Assembly: GCA_963727485.1 (NCBI GenBank)
Contig: CAVSGM010000001.1
Span: forward strand, 1,088,001 to 1,152,000
DNA: 64,000 nucleotides
Source of the DNA: an uncultured delta proteobacterium
GTDB lineage: Bacteria > Myxococcota > Myxococcia > SLRQ01
Direction: 5' to 3'
Shown here: positions 50,374-62,461 of the stretch, in pieces
Numbering within the stretch: the stretch's first letter is position 1
How the letters are laid out: every line of letters begins with the position of its first letter
Notes under the pieces: model-generated
What the model was told of the DNA's origin: nothing
The model's input: only the letters and a program-made list of their open reading frames with translations
The model's database searches: none
Program-made: the position numbers and the translations under genes

Positions 50374-51078
50374 TCAGGCGACGGCGGAGCCGCCGCCACG
50401 GGTCGCGGTGGTCACTCCGGAGCCCGAGGGCGGGCCGCCTGGGGCGTGCATCTCGCGGACCGAGCCGGTGAGGCCGACCATCAGCTCGGTGGCCCCGCCC
50501 TCGATCTCCATCACGATCTGCTCCTGGCGACCGGAGAGGAAGTGGTGGAAGAAGAGGAACGGCACCGCGACCACGATGCCGAAGGCGGTGGTGTACATGG
50601 CCTGGGAGATGCCGTCGGCGAGCGCGGTCTGCCGCTGGGCGGCGCTGGCCGCGGCGACGCTGGCGAAGGCGCCGATGAGGCCGAAGATGGTGCCGAGGAG
50701 CCCCAGCAGGGTGGCGGTGTTGGCGAGGAGGCCCAGGAGCGCCACCCGCTTGCCCAGGTGGGGCAGGGCCACGAGCATCTCGCCCTCCATCGCCCGCTCG
50801 ATCTCCTTCTCCCGGCGGTTGGCCTTGAGGAGCCCGGCGCGCATGACGTTGATCAGGGGGTGCTTGGAGCGGATCTCGCAGGCGTCGAGGGCCTGGCGGT
50901 ACCGGCGTCCCTCGACGTGGCCGAGGATGGTGTCCATGAAGCCCCGGAAGTCGAGCTTGCGCAGGACGTAGAGGTTGAAGGCCCGCTCGAGAAAGATGAC
51001 CGTCCCCACGATCGAGACGGCCAGGATCACGTACATGACCCAGCCGCCCTTGCTCAGGTACTCGAGGAGGATGCTCAT
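50374..51078 (-). CDS. MotA/TolQ/ExbB proton-channel subunit (AglR-like)
   Basis: GGWVM, ATLLGLLGTIFGLI.AF, GISQAM.TTAFG. Confidence 0.93.
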   Translation of the reverse strand: MSILLEYLSKGGWVMYVILAVSIVGTVIFLERAFNLYVLRKLDFRGFMDTILGHVEGRRYRQALDACEIRSKHPLINVMRAGLLKANRREKEIERAMEGEMLVALPHLGKRVALLGLLANTATLLGLLGTIFGLIGAFASVAAASAAQRQTALADGISQAMYTTAFGIVVAVPFLFFHHFLSGRQEQIVMEIEGGATELMVGLTGSVREMHAPGGPPSGSGVTTATRGGGSAVA

Positions 51079-51977
51079 GGGTTACCGCCCTTTGCGAAGT
51101 GGCCGTCCGTGAGGTCGACCTTGTTGAGTTGGGTCTGGGTGGCGTCGATGGTGGCCAGATCCCCCGCCCCCGGAGAGATCTCGGTCAGCCGGTGCCGCTC
51201 CACCTGCACCGTGGCCGTCGAGTCGTAGATGGAGAGCCAGTCGAGGGCCCCCGCCGGAATGCGATGACAGCCATCATCGACGATTCTGCATATGACGCGA
51301 TTTCGGTACAAGGCGTCCCCGGGATGGGCCGGGTCCTGGGTGTAGAGCTCGACCAGCACATAGCTGCCGTGGCCCGCCGTCCAGTTCATCTGCATGTCGT
51401 CGGCGAGGGCGCTGCGATGGAAGCTGAGGCCCGCGATCGGCGCGGCCGAGGGGCCGCTCATCTTGGTGTCGGGAAAGGTGGGTGAGCTGCCGCTGGTGGT
51501 GGCCTTGGAGGAGAGCGAGAGGTCGGTGGTGTCCAGGATCCGGGTCACCGGCGTCGACTGGTAGTGGCCTTTGACCTGCCCCACGTCGGCGGGGCCCCCG
51601 ACGAGGCCGCCGACCTTCACCTGGTCCACCGTGAGCGGGGTGGGGGGGCTGGAGACCTGGGGCTGGCCGTTGACCCGCCAGCAGTCGCCGGAGTCGAAGA
51701 TCTGCTGGGCCGGGGTCGACTGGTAGGTGGACAGGTCGTTGAAGTAGAGGCGGAACACCCCGGACTCGGTGCCGGCGACCTGGTCCACGGTCTGCTCGGC
51801 CTGGAGCACCGCCTCCTTGCCCTGGCCGTTCGGATCGGCGCCGGCGGGCAGGGGGACGTCGGGGAGGTTCTCGTCGAGGCAGTTGGCGGGGATGGTCGGC
51901 CCCGTGGCCTGACCGCAGCCTCCGAGGACGGGCGCCGCCCCCAGGGCCAGGGCCAGGATCGTCGCCCAGCGCTTCAT
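51075..51977 (-). CDS. Uncharacterised lipoprotein
   Basis: LGGC lipobox; C...DDG...IP motif near the C-terminus. Confidence 0.7.
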   Translation of the reverse strand: MKRWATILALALGAAPVLGGCGQATGPTIPANCLDENLPDVPLPAGADPNGQGKEAVLQAEQTVDQVAGTESGVFRLYFNDLSTYQSTPAQQIFDSGDCWRVNGQPQVSSPPTPLTVDQVKVGGLVGGPADVGQVKGHYQSTPVTRILDTTDLSLSSKATTSGSSPTFPDTKMSGPSAAPIAGLSFHRSALADDMQMNWTAGHGSYVLVELYTQDPAHPGDALYRNRVICRIVDDGCHRIPAGALDWLSIYDSTATVQVERHRLTEISPGAGDLATIDATQTQLNKVDLTDGHFAKGGNP

Positions 51978-51991
51978 GGGGGTCCCCCCGA

Positions 51992-53962
51992 TCACGGCCC
52001 GGTCCCCCCGGAGACGTCCGGCCGCACGAACTCCTCGTCGTAGACCTGCACCACCGCGTCCGGCGGCGAGCGGTGGTCGGGCGGGAGGTACTGCACCGGG
52101 AGGTGGGCCATGCGAACCGGCCCCGGGGTCGAGATGCGATCCTCCGGCGCCTCGGCGAAGTAGAGGAAGATGTTGTTCCAGCCGGTGCCGGTACCGTCGA
52201 CGTCCAGGGTCTTCATCAGCCGGACGTTGCGGACGGTGTACTGGAGGCACTGGCGCTTGCGGAAGATGATGCGGACGGTCTGGACCACGTCCTGGGGCGG
52301 CAGGGCCGAGGGGGTGACGGTCACCTTGATCATCCGCCCGGCGTCGCCCTGCACCGGGGCGTAGGACGAGGAGGGGAGCGAGATCTCGCCACCCTGGCCC
52401 ACCGAGACCGCCGGGCCGGGGTTGGCGTCCTTGACGTCCTGCCAGCTCATGGAGGGGGCGCTCCCGGAGAAGAAGCGCAGGGTGCCCAGGCCCTGGGTCG
52501 ACCCCGGCGAGATGTAGCTGATCTTCACCCCGGTGAGCTGGTCGAGGTGGGACGAGGTGGGCTGGATCTGGATGCCCTCGTCGGTGATGTCGTAGCGGTA
52601 GCCCCGGGCCAAGAGGTGGCTGGCGTCGCTGGAGCGGGGATCGGTGTGGTCGGCGATCTCGTCGCCGTTGGAGATCCCGTCGCCGTCGGTGTCCTTGGTG
52701 GCGTCGGGGTTGAGGTAGTCGGTCCCCATGACCACCTCCTGCCGATCCGGTGACCCGTCGCCGTCGGTGTCCACCAGGGAGGGGTCGGTGCCGAGGAGCG
52801 CCTCGTCGCAGTCGGTGAGGCCGTCCTCGTCGAGGTCGTGGCCCACCTTGAGGCCGTCGCAGGCCGCCGGGGTGTCCTTCTTCAGGGGATCGAAGCCGAC
52901 GAGCTCCTCGACCAGGTCGGTGATGCCGTCCCCGTCGGTGTCCATCTTCTTGGGGTCGGTGCCCAGCGCCTTCTCCTCGGCGTCGGAGAGGCCGTCCCCG
53001 TCGGAGTCGACCACCGGCCCGTCCGCGGTGGGCAGGGCGTTGACGTTGGAGACCACCAGGTGCTTCGCCTTGAGGATGGTGCGCAGGTCGAGGACGTCGA
53101 GGTCGGTGATGTTGAAGGTGTTGGGCGAGTTGAAGCGCTCGTAGACCCCGCCGCCGGCGAAGGCCATGTGCTCCATCTCCTGGCCCACCGCGTCGTTGTC
53201 CGCGGCCACCGGCTCGGCGGCGAGGTGGAGGACGTGGAGCCGGAGGCCCGCGGCGCCGGCGTCGGCGACCGCCTGGCGCATGGCCACCACGTCGGAGACC
53301 TCGATCTGGGCCTGACAGGTCTGGGAGGGGTGGTTGCCCGAGGCGATGCAGGCCACGTCCCCGGGCTGGCAGCAGGCCGAGGCGTCGGTGAGCGGGGTCT
53401 GGGGCCCGGAGTTGATGAGGATGACGACGTACTGGGTCAGCACCCGCTCCCCGGCGGGCATCTGGGCCATGTCGCCCTCGATGAGGGCCCGGGCCGAGCG
53501 GAGGCCCTCGCGGTAGTTGCGGCAGGTCGCCTGGCCGTTGCAGTACCGGGGCAGGGAGAGCTGGGTGACGGCGTTGAGGAGCACCCCGGGGTTCCGGGTG
53601 AAGTCCCCGGTGGCCGGGGCCAGCTTCTTGGCCGAGCCTGCGTAGCCCACCACCGCCAGCTCGTACTCGGGCTTGGAGAGGGCGGACTGGATGAACTTGG
53701 AGAGGACCTGGAGGCGCAGGCCCGCCGGGTCGAAGCCGGCGTAGAGGGGGCCGGCGGCCTGGTCGACCACCAGCACCACCCGCACCGGGAACCGGGCGGT
53801 CACCGGGTCGTCGGTGCAGACCTCGCCGCTCACCGCCAGGCGGTCGGCCTGCGCCGGGGCCCGGTAGCGGTGGTAGAGGTTCGCCTTGCTGCAGCCGGCC
53901 ACCAGGACCAGGAGCGCCGCCAGGCCCAGGGCCCGGGCCCGATGTCTCGCCGGCGCGGTCAC
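51992..53962 (-). CDS. VWA plus Ca-binding (DxDxDG, thrombospondin-3-like) lipoprotein, Mts-like
   Basis: VAGC; FPVRVVLVVD; YVVILI; repeated DSDGDGL.D.EE..GTDP. Confidence 0.8.
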   Translation of the reverse strand: MTAPARHRARALGLAALLVLVAGCSKANLYHRYRAPAQADRLAVSGEVCTDDPVTARFPVRVVLVVDQAAGPLYAGFDPAGLRLQVLSKFIQSALSKPEYELAVVGYAGSAKKLAPATGDFTRNPGVLLNAVTQLSLPRYCNGQATCRNYREGLRSARALIEGDMAQMPAGERVLTQYVVILINSGPQTPLTDASACCQPGDVACIASGNHPSQTCQAQIEVSDVVAMRQAVADAGAAGLRLHVLHLAAEPVAADNDAVGQEMEHMAFAGGGVYERFNSPNTFNITDLDVLDLRTILKAKHLVVSNVNALPTADGPVVDSDGDGLSDAEEKALGTDPKKMDTDGDGITDLVEELVGFDPLKKDTPAACDGLKVGHDLDEDGLTDCDEALLGTDPSLVDTDGDGSPDRQEVVMGTDYLNPDATKDTDGDGISNGDEIADHTDPRSSDASHLLARGYRYDITDEGIQIQPTSSHLDQLTGVKISYISPGSTQGLGTLRFFSGSAPSMSWQDVKDANPGPAVSVGQGGEISLPSSSYAPVQGDAGRMIKVTVTPSALPPQDVVQTVRIIFRKRQCLQYTVRNVRLMKTLDVDGTGTGWNNIFLYFAEAPEDRISTPGPVRMAHLPVQYLPPDHRSPPDAVVQVYDEEFVRPDVSGGTGP

Positions 53963-54633
53963 GGAGACCCTCCGTCGCTCGGCTCGCAGGCGGCCTTCAC
54001 CGGTCCGGTGGCCGCGGCGCCCTCGCAGGCCGCCGGGGTCCCGCCGAACTCGGTGACCTGGCAGATGCCCTTCACGCAGGTCTGGCCGAAGGCGCACTTC
54101 ACGCCGAGGCAGTCGCGGGTGAGGCCGACGCTCACGTCGGCGGCGCCCTGGGTGGGAAACGAGACCCGGGCCTCGATGGTGGCCACCGGCGCCCCCTGCT
54201 TGAAGGCCTGGACCACCACCCACATGTCGCCGTGCCCATCCCTTAGATCAAAGGAGAGGGGCAGGTTGGCCGCCTGGCCGATCACGCAGCTGCCGGCGCC
54301 CGCGCCCCCGTCGGAGGTCCCGGCGTCGGCGGCGCCGCCACCTCCGGTGCCCCCGTCGACGCCGGCGCTGCCCCCGTCGACGCCGGCGGTGCCCCCGTCG
54401 GCGTCCGAGGGCGTGAACAAGTCCTGGGTGCCGTCGTAGACCGGGTTGCGATCGGCGTCGAGGAGCGTAACCCCGAGGGCGTCTACGTCGTCCGGCACAC
54501 GCACGTCCCCGCAGACGTGGAGGTGGACGCGCGGTCCATTCCCACATCCGGCGAGGAGCAGGGCGCAGACGACGAGCCCGCCGAGGGGCCGCGTTCGCGC
54601 GCGGCGGGGGTCACCCCGGTACCGGAAACGCAT
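53959..54633 (-). CDS. Cys-rich lipoprotein, first gene of the leftward operon
   Basis: LLAGC; DGG-rich linker; C..V.C..GQTC..G.C. Confidence 0.7.
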   Translation of the reverse strand: MRFRYRGDPRRARTRPLGGLVVCALLLAGCGNGPRVHLHVCGDVRVPDDVDALGVTLLDADRNPVYDGTQDLFTPSDADGGTAGVDGGSAGVDGGTGGGGAADAGTSDGGAGAGSCVIGQAANLPLSFDLRDGHGDMWVVVQAFKQGAPVATIEARVSFPTQGAADVSVGLTRDCLGVKCAFGQTCVKGICQVTEFGGTPAACEGAAATGPVKAACEPSDGGSP

Positions 54634-54671
54634 GGTCCGGCGATTCTACCGAGAGGCGGCTCCCAGGGAAA

Positions 54672-54709
54672 TGTAGGCTCTGCCATCCAGGCCTGTATGG
54701 TTCGCCACA
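54672..54709 (+). promoter_or_regulatory. Candidate activator (EBP) binding sites
   Basis: TGT-N10-ACA at 54694-54709 and imperfect copy TGTAGGCTCTGCCATC 22 bp upstream. Confidence 0.45.
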
Positions 54710-54785
54710 CACCTTCGCGACGCCGGGCGACCATGTGCGTCGGTGTGGGTCACCAGGATCCGGCAGGTTGGCGGATCGGCGCCGC

Positions 54786-54801
54786 CGGCACGGCCGTTGC
54801 A
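54786..54801 (+). promoter_or_regulatory. Sigma54 (-24/-12) promoter
   Basis: CGGCACGGCCGTTGCA = GG-N10-GC with GGCACG and TTGC, ~57 bp before ATG 54858. Confidence 0.75.
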
Positions 54802-54857
54802 GCCTTCCCCAGGGAACGCCGGCAGCCCCGGCCAGACACGCTCCCGAGGAGGACCCG

Positions 54858-56222
<1,365 letters not shown>

Positions 56223-56309
56223 GTGCGACCAGACCGTCGACGGGACGGCGCGGGCGGGGATCCTTCCCTCCCGCGCCGTTCGCGTGCGACGGCAGAAAGA
56301 GGTGGTGTG

Positions 56310-58473
56310 ATGCGTGCGCCGACCCTTCGGCTCCTCACCCTGGCAGCGCTCTTCGCCGCCATCGCCGGCGGGGCCTGCACCAACGCCCGGCTCCAGCCGA
56401 AGGAGCAGGCGCAGATCACCACCTACGACAACCTGCTGAAGATCAAGGGCGAGCTGTGCACCCAGCCCGCCGACAAGGTCACCTTCCCGGTCAAGATCCT
56501 CTTCCTCCTCGACCAGTCGGCGTCGCTCCAGTGCACCGACGCCACCAACCACCGGTTCGCGGCCCTCAACCGGGTGATCAACTCGCTGCTGCCCCTGCCC
56601 AACGTCTACTTCGGGTTCGTGGGCTTCTCCTCCTGGTCCCGGCGGCAGGACTTCACCCGGAACATGAACGACATCCGGCCGTTCCTCGATTCCCGCCGGG
56701 GGCCTGGGGCCGGCCACCGACTACCAGGGGGCGCTGGCCACCGCCATCCAGATGGTGGAGCAGGACATGATCAGCTCGGGCCCGGCGGTGCGGGCCCGCA
56801 CCAAGTACGTGGTGGTGCTGATGTCCGACGGCATCCCCGAGCCGCGGTGCAACGCCGGGTGCGAGGACGACAAGAACGCCTGCAGCGACGGCCGGGACAA
56901 CGACGGCGACGGCCTCATCGACGCCGCCGACCCCGACTGCGCCAACATCAACGACAACAGCCTCCACCCCGACAACCTCTATGGGGTGTGCAACACCACC
57001 GAGGACTTCCGCAAGAGCCGGGCCCCGGGCAGCTACGTGGACATGTCGGGCATCTGCCCGGCCTACAACCAGCCGCCGCAGATCATGGCGCGCATCGCCG
57101 ATCTCCTGGCCCTCTCCGACGCCTACTCCGCCGGGAGCGTGACCCTCAACACCGTGCTCCTCTTCGCCGACCAGGCGGCGGTGAACGCGGTCTGCCCCAA
57201 CGCCGGGCCCCAGTTCGGCTACGACCACGACCAGGCCAAGGCCCTCCTCGAGGCCATGGCCCAGGCGGGCAACGGGACCTTCCGCGACGTCAACCTCCAG
57301 AAGGCCGACGACACCTTCCTCGACTTCAACTTCACCTCGCTGTCGAGCCAGTACTGGCTCACCGAGATGGTCGCCCGGGACGTCAACGAGGTGCCCACCC
57401 TCAAGGGCCCCATCCCCGACAGCGACGCCGACGGGCTCTCCGACGACGAGGAGAACGCCCTCGGGACCGACCCCTTCAACCCCGACACCGACGGCGACCA
57501 CTACTCGGACCTCTTCGAGGTGCGCTACTCGGGGGCCGGGTTCGACCCCCTGGATCCCAACGCCCCGGCGCTCAACTGCCCGAGCAGCTCCGACCTCGAC
57601 GGCGACGGTCTCGACGACTGCGAGGAGAACTTCCTGGGCACCGACCCCCGCCTCCCGGACAGCGACGGCGATCGCCTCACCGACGGCCTGGAGCTGGTGG
57701 AGCACACCGATCCCACCACCGCCGACGCCCTCGCGGACCCCGACTTCGACGGGATCCTCAACCGTGAGGAGATCCGCGCCGGCACCCTGCCCCTGGTGCC
57801 CGATCTCTCCCGCTACCGCACCGACGCGGTGCGCTACAGCCTCGACGATCTCGGGGACAAGACGGTGGTGAACCCGGACACCGGCAACAAGGAGCTGCGC
57901 CGGTGCTACGATTTCGGGGTGAGCCACCTCGAGCTCGTCACCACGCCCCTGACCAAGGAGCGCGGCCGCAACCGCATCATCCTCCAGGCCCTCGAGGAGC
58001 CGGTGCAGCTGGTGGGGGCCCGGCCGGTGGCCACCGAGGCCTGCGTCGAGGCCTTCTACGACGGCAACACCTTCAAGGACCCGCCCAGCGGGGTGGTGGA
58101 TTCGACGCAGAGCTACTGGGACAATCTCCGGGACGCGTTCTCGGCGCGGATGGACGACATCGCCACCGCCTGCGGCAAGAACCCCAAGAGCTTCAACCGC
58201 AACACCCTCGAGCAGATCATGAACACCTGCCTCCCCGCGAGGCCCCAGGTCGGCGACTATCTCTACGACAAGGCCGACCTCAAGAAGCTGGTGGAGAAGT
58301 ACCTGACCCCGAACCTCAACGCGAACGTGCCCACCGACGCCTGGCAGATCTTCCACCCGATGGAGACCTTCGACCCGGCCACCGACTGCGTGCGCCCCTG
58401 GGAGATTGGCCGGCTGCAGCAGCTCTTCCGCACCATCCAGGACGCCTGCGCCAAGTGCGGAGGGGGCCCGTGA
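56310..58473 (+). CDS. VWA plus Ca-binding repeat lipoprotein, Mts-like; apparent frameshift near 56690
   Basis: GGAC; FPVKILFLLDQSAS (MIDAS), TDY, VLMSDG; DSDADGL..GTDP repeats. Confidence 0.8.
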
Positions 58474-60390
58474 CCGGGGCGAGGCTCCGCGTGGTGGCGC
58501 TGGCGCTCTTGGCCGTCGCCGCCTGCACCAAGGCCAACCTCGAGCGGTGGCCGCCCAACCGGGGGTTGACCCGGGACGACAAGCTCGAGGTGCAGGGGCG
58601 CCTGTGCACCCGCACCCCGGAGAGCCTGGTCTTCCCCCTGCGGGTGCTCTTCGTGGTCGACTGCTCCGAGTCGATGAAGGTCACCGACCCGCCGGACCCG
58701 GTCACCGGGGTCACCGGCCGCGAGCGGGCGGTGCGTCAGGTGTGGCAGAGCCTGCTCGCCCAGGGGAACCAGGGCGTCCGGGTGGGCATCATCCGCTTCA
58801 GCGCCCAGGCCCAGTCCCGGACCCCCGTGGACCTGAGCGGCAACGGGGTCGCGGACACCTACTTCACCGCCGACCCCAACCAGCTCGACGCCGCCACCAC
58901 CGCCCTCGGCCAGACCGACCGCACCACCAACTACATCAACGCGCTGTCCGAGAGCTTCTTCGAGCTGCGCACCGAGATGCTCCGGGCCGACCTGGCCTCG
59001 CTGCCGCTCTCCAAGTACGTGGTGATCTTCATCTCCGACGGCTTGCCGGACACCGACACCACCCAGGGCAACGACAACACCACCACCAACATCCTCTCGG
59101 CGGTCAAGCAGCTCAAGGATCTCGCCAAGCTCTTCCACGTGGGGAACTTCAGCTTCCACACCGCCTTCCTCTCCGCCGGCCAGAACACCGCGGCGAACCA
59201 GCCCGCCGAGGACCTGCTCCAGCAGATGGCCAAGGTCGGGGGCGGGACCTACCGCAGCTTCCCCAGCGGCGAGTCCCTGAACTTCCTCCACGTGGATCTC
59301 TCGGTCCTCCGGCGGATCTTCACCCTCAAGACCCTGGCGGTGCTCAACACCAACTCGGTGATGGACACCTCCCAGATCCCCACGCGGCCCATCCCCCGGA
59401 TCGACGATCCCGGGTGGGTCGACCTCGACCAGAACCACAAGATGGCCTGCGGCGAGCCGCTGGTGGACAGCGACGGGGACGGGCTCGCGGACATCGTCGA
59501 GGAGCGAATAGGCACCGACCCCTTCAACAAGGACACCGACGACGACGGGCTCTCCGACCGCATCGAGTACGACTTCCGCAAGTCGGGCCTCGATCCCCTC
59601 GATCCCAAGGACTCGGGGTGCTTCGTCCCGGACGTCTGCATCAACCGGCAGCCCGATGGGAGCTGCGACTGCAACCTCGACACCAACCACGACGGGGTCT
59701 GCAACTGCGTCAACGATCCCACCCACCCCTGCGTGGACAACGCCGGTCATGACTGCATCGACATGAACGACGACGGGTACTGCGACTGCCCGGACCGCAA
59801 CCACGACGGCAAGTGCGACTACCCCGACTCGGACGGCGACGGCCTCAACGACTGCGAGGAGATTCTACGCGGGCACCAGCCACAACGGCGCCGACTCCGA
59901 CGCCGACGGGCTCCCGGACCCCATGGAGGTGCGCTTCCGCACCGACCCCTCCAAGAACGACGTCCTCGACGACCTCGACTGGGACAAGGTCCCCAACGGC
60001 ACCGAGGTCCTCTCGGGGACCGACCCCCTCTGCGACGACTCGGCCTTCCGCTCCTTCGCCGCCTACCGCTACGACATCCAGAAGGAAGGGATGGAGGGCG
60101 ACAGCACCTGCTACGACTTCAACGTGGGCAACATCACCCTGGTGCCCACCCTGAACAACGGCTCCAAGGGCTACCCGGGCAACGGGTGGAACCGGATCCT
60201 GATCTACGCTGGTGAGGTCGCCTTCGACGACCCCAAGACCTTCGCCGCCTACCGCGTGGCCTGTGTCGAGGCGAGCTACGACGCCAACGGTGACTTCAAG
60301 AACCCGCCCTCGGGCAAGATGAGCCTGACCAATGACGACTTCGTGGACCTCCGCAAGTTCGACCCCGCGGTCGACTGCAAGAAGCCCTAG
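58470..60390 (+). CDS. VWA plus Ca-binding repeat lipoprotein, MtsD-like; apparent frameshift near 59863
   Basis: VAAC; FPLRVLFVVDCSESM (MIDAS), TNY, IFISDG; DSDGDGL repeats; GWNRILIY. Confidence 0.8.
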
Positions 60391-62461
60391 GCGCGCGCGC
60401 CCCAGCGGCGTGGCCCTCCTGGCGGCGGGCCTGGCCCTGGTGCTGGTCGCCGCCTGTGGCCCGGGGAAGACCGGCTCCGGCGCCGACGGCGGGACCGACG
60501 GCGGCCCCACCTGCCAGTGGGACGACTCCAGCGGCCCCTCGAGCTCGGTTCCCCTGACCCTGGGCCAGGCGACCACCGGCTGGATCTGCCCGGTGCAGGA
60601 CGTCGACTGGTACAGCTTCGACACCGGCGCCAGCGACCACCTGGTGCGGGTGCAGCTCGCCATGGACGGCCCGCTCTCGCCGGTGCAGCCGACCTACACC
60701 ATCACCCAGAAGAAGGCCGATGGCACCACCGGGAAGGTCACCGCCACGCCCCCGGCCGCCGAGGTGGGCGGGGCCCTGGACATGGTCAGCTGCATGGCCC
60801 CGGGCAGCTACTACATCGACGTCCGGGACCAGAACGACGACGGCGAGGACTTCCGCCACCCCTACAGCCTCACGGTGACCAGCTCCCCCGACCCCGACCC
60901 CGCCGAGCCCAACGACGACGCCGCCAGCGCCACCGCGCTGACCAGCGGGACCCCGGCCACCGGCTACATCGCCTGCCGCGGGGACCAGGACTGGTACCGC
61001 ATCCAGGTCGGATCCGGCCAGCTCCTCCGGGTGCACCTGACCTCCGACAAGGCGAACTACCAGCCCACCGTCGCCATCGTCGATGCGGGCGGGTCTACGC
61101 TCCTCACCCTCACCAACCCTGCCGGGGCGGTGAAGGCCACCGACCTCACGCGCCTGGTCGCGGTGCCCTCCGCCGGCGCCTGGTACCTGGCGGTGCAGGA
61201 CGACGACGGGATGAACGCCGATCCCACCGTCGCCTACACCCTCACCGCCAGCACCCTCACCCAGAAGGACCCCAACGAGCCCAACGACAGCCCCTCCCAG
61301 GCCACGGCCCTCTCGCCGGTGTCCTGCGGGACGAGCTGGTCCAGCTGGCAGACCCTCAAGGGGACCTTTGCCACCATCGGCGACCAGGACTGGTTCCGCC
61401 TGCCCATCTCCGGCTGCAACAACGGGCTCCTCGAGGCCACGGTCACCATGGACACCTCGGGGATGAGCGCCCAGCAGCAGTGGGACCTCCAGTCGCAGGT
61501 CCAGGCGTCGGTGGCCCTCATCCGCCCCCACCTGGCCAGCGCCTGCTCCAAGGACACGGACTGCCAGGAGCTCCAGCAGCCCTGCCAGAGCGGCTGGGAC
61601 TGTGCCGGCTACTTCAACCAGTGCCAGCCCGACGGCCTCTGCGCCGGCTCGGGCACCTGCCTCGCCGAGAGCGTCTGCGGCGCCACCGAGGCGGCGAGGG
61701 AGTACTCGGTGCTCCCGGTGCCCAGCCCGGTGAACCAGTCGCCGCCCCCGGACACCAGCACCGTGTCGGCCCCGCTCTTCGGCGGCGGCTACGTCTACCT
61801 CCGGGTGAGCGACTTCCAGGCCAACGGGTCGGCGCCGGACACCTTCTACACGCTCAAGGTCCGGGTCCGGAAGGATCCCGACGGCCACGAGCCCTCGAAC
61901 GTGTACACCCCGACCATCCGCCCCAATGACCCCACCGGGCCCCAGAAGACGGCGGCGCTGAACAACATCGTCCCGGTCCACGACTGCGCCAACGGCGACT
62001 GCTGCGACGCGACCAAGTGGGTCACCGGCTCGCTGGGGTACGAGATGGACCAGGACTGGTACGCCTACCAGCACCCCTGCCCGGGCGCCGACTGCATGGT
62101 GAAGGTCCTCTACCAGCTCGACCCGGGGCCGGTGGACTTCCTCATCACCACCTGGGACGAGAGCGGCCAGTGGTTCGGCAACCTGGCCAACATCACCGAG
62201 AAGCCCAGCCAGAGTGCGATCTCCGGGTCCTACGGTGGGACCCAGGCGACGGACAAGTGCTACTACGCCTGGCAGGGCCACACCGGCTCGCCCTACTACT
62301 ACTTCGTCTCCGTTCGTGACTACGCCGACGTGCACGACTGGGACCCGGACCAGAAGTATCGCTTCTGCGTGGAGAAGGTGGCAGATGGCTGCAGCGACCC
62401 GTGCCAGCTCTACTCGAACGGCTGTGGGTGCAAGCTCTCCGATCCGGCTTGCAAGCATTAG
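60332..62461 (+). CDS. Lipoprotein with pre-peptidase C-terminal (PPC)-like domains; start uncertain (GTG 60410 possible)
   Basis: LVAAC; repeated EPND...A and D.DWY/F motifs; Cys-rich insert. Confidence 0.75.
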   Translation: MTTSWTSASSTPRSTARSPRRARPSGVALLAAGLALVLVAACGPGKTGSGADGGTDGGPTCQWDDSSGPSSSVPLTLGQATTGWICPVQDVDWYSFDTGASDHLVRVQLAMDGPLSPVQPTYTITQKKADGTTGKVTATPPAAEVGGALDMVSCMAPGSYYIDVRDQNDDGEDFRHPYSLTVTSSPDPDPAEPNDDAASATALTSGTPATGYIACRGDQDWYRIQVGSGQLLRVHLTSDKANYQPTVAIVDAGGSTLLTLTNPAGAVKATDLTRLVAVPSAGAWYLAVQDDDGMNADPTVAYTLTASTLTQKDPNEPNDSPSQATALSPVSCGTSWSSWQTLKGTFATIGDQDWFRLPISGCNNGLLEATVTMDTSGMSAQQQWDLQSQVQASVALIRPHLASACSKDTDCQELQQPCQSGWDCAGYFNQCQPDGLCAGSGTCLAESVCGATEAAREYSVLPVPSPVNQSPPPDTSTVSAPLFGGGYVYLRVSDFQANGSAPDTFYTLKVRVRKDPDGHEPSNVYTPTIRPNDPTGPQKTAALNNIVPVHDCANGDCCDATKWVTGSLGYEMDQDWYAYQHPCPGADCMVKVLYQLDPGPVDFLITTWDESGQWFGNLANITEKPSQSAISGSYGGTQATDKCYYAWQGHTGSPYYYFVSVRDYADVHDWDPDQKYRFCVEKVADGCSDPCQLYSNGCGCKLSDPACKH

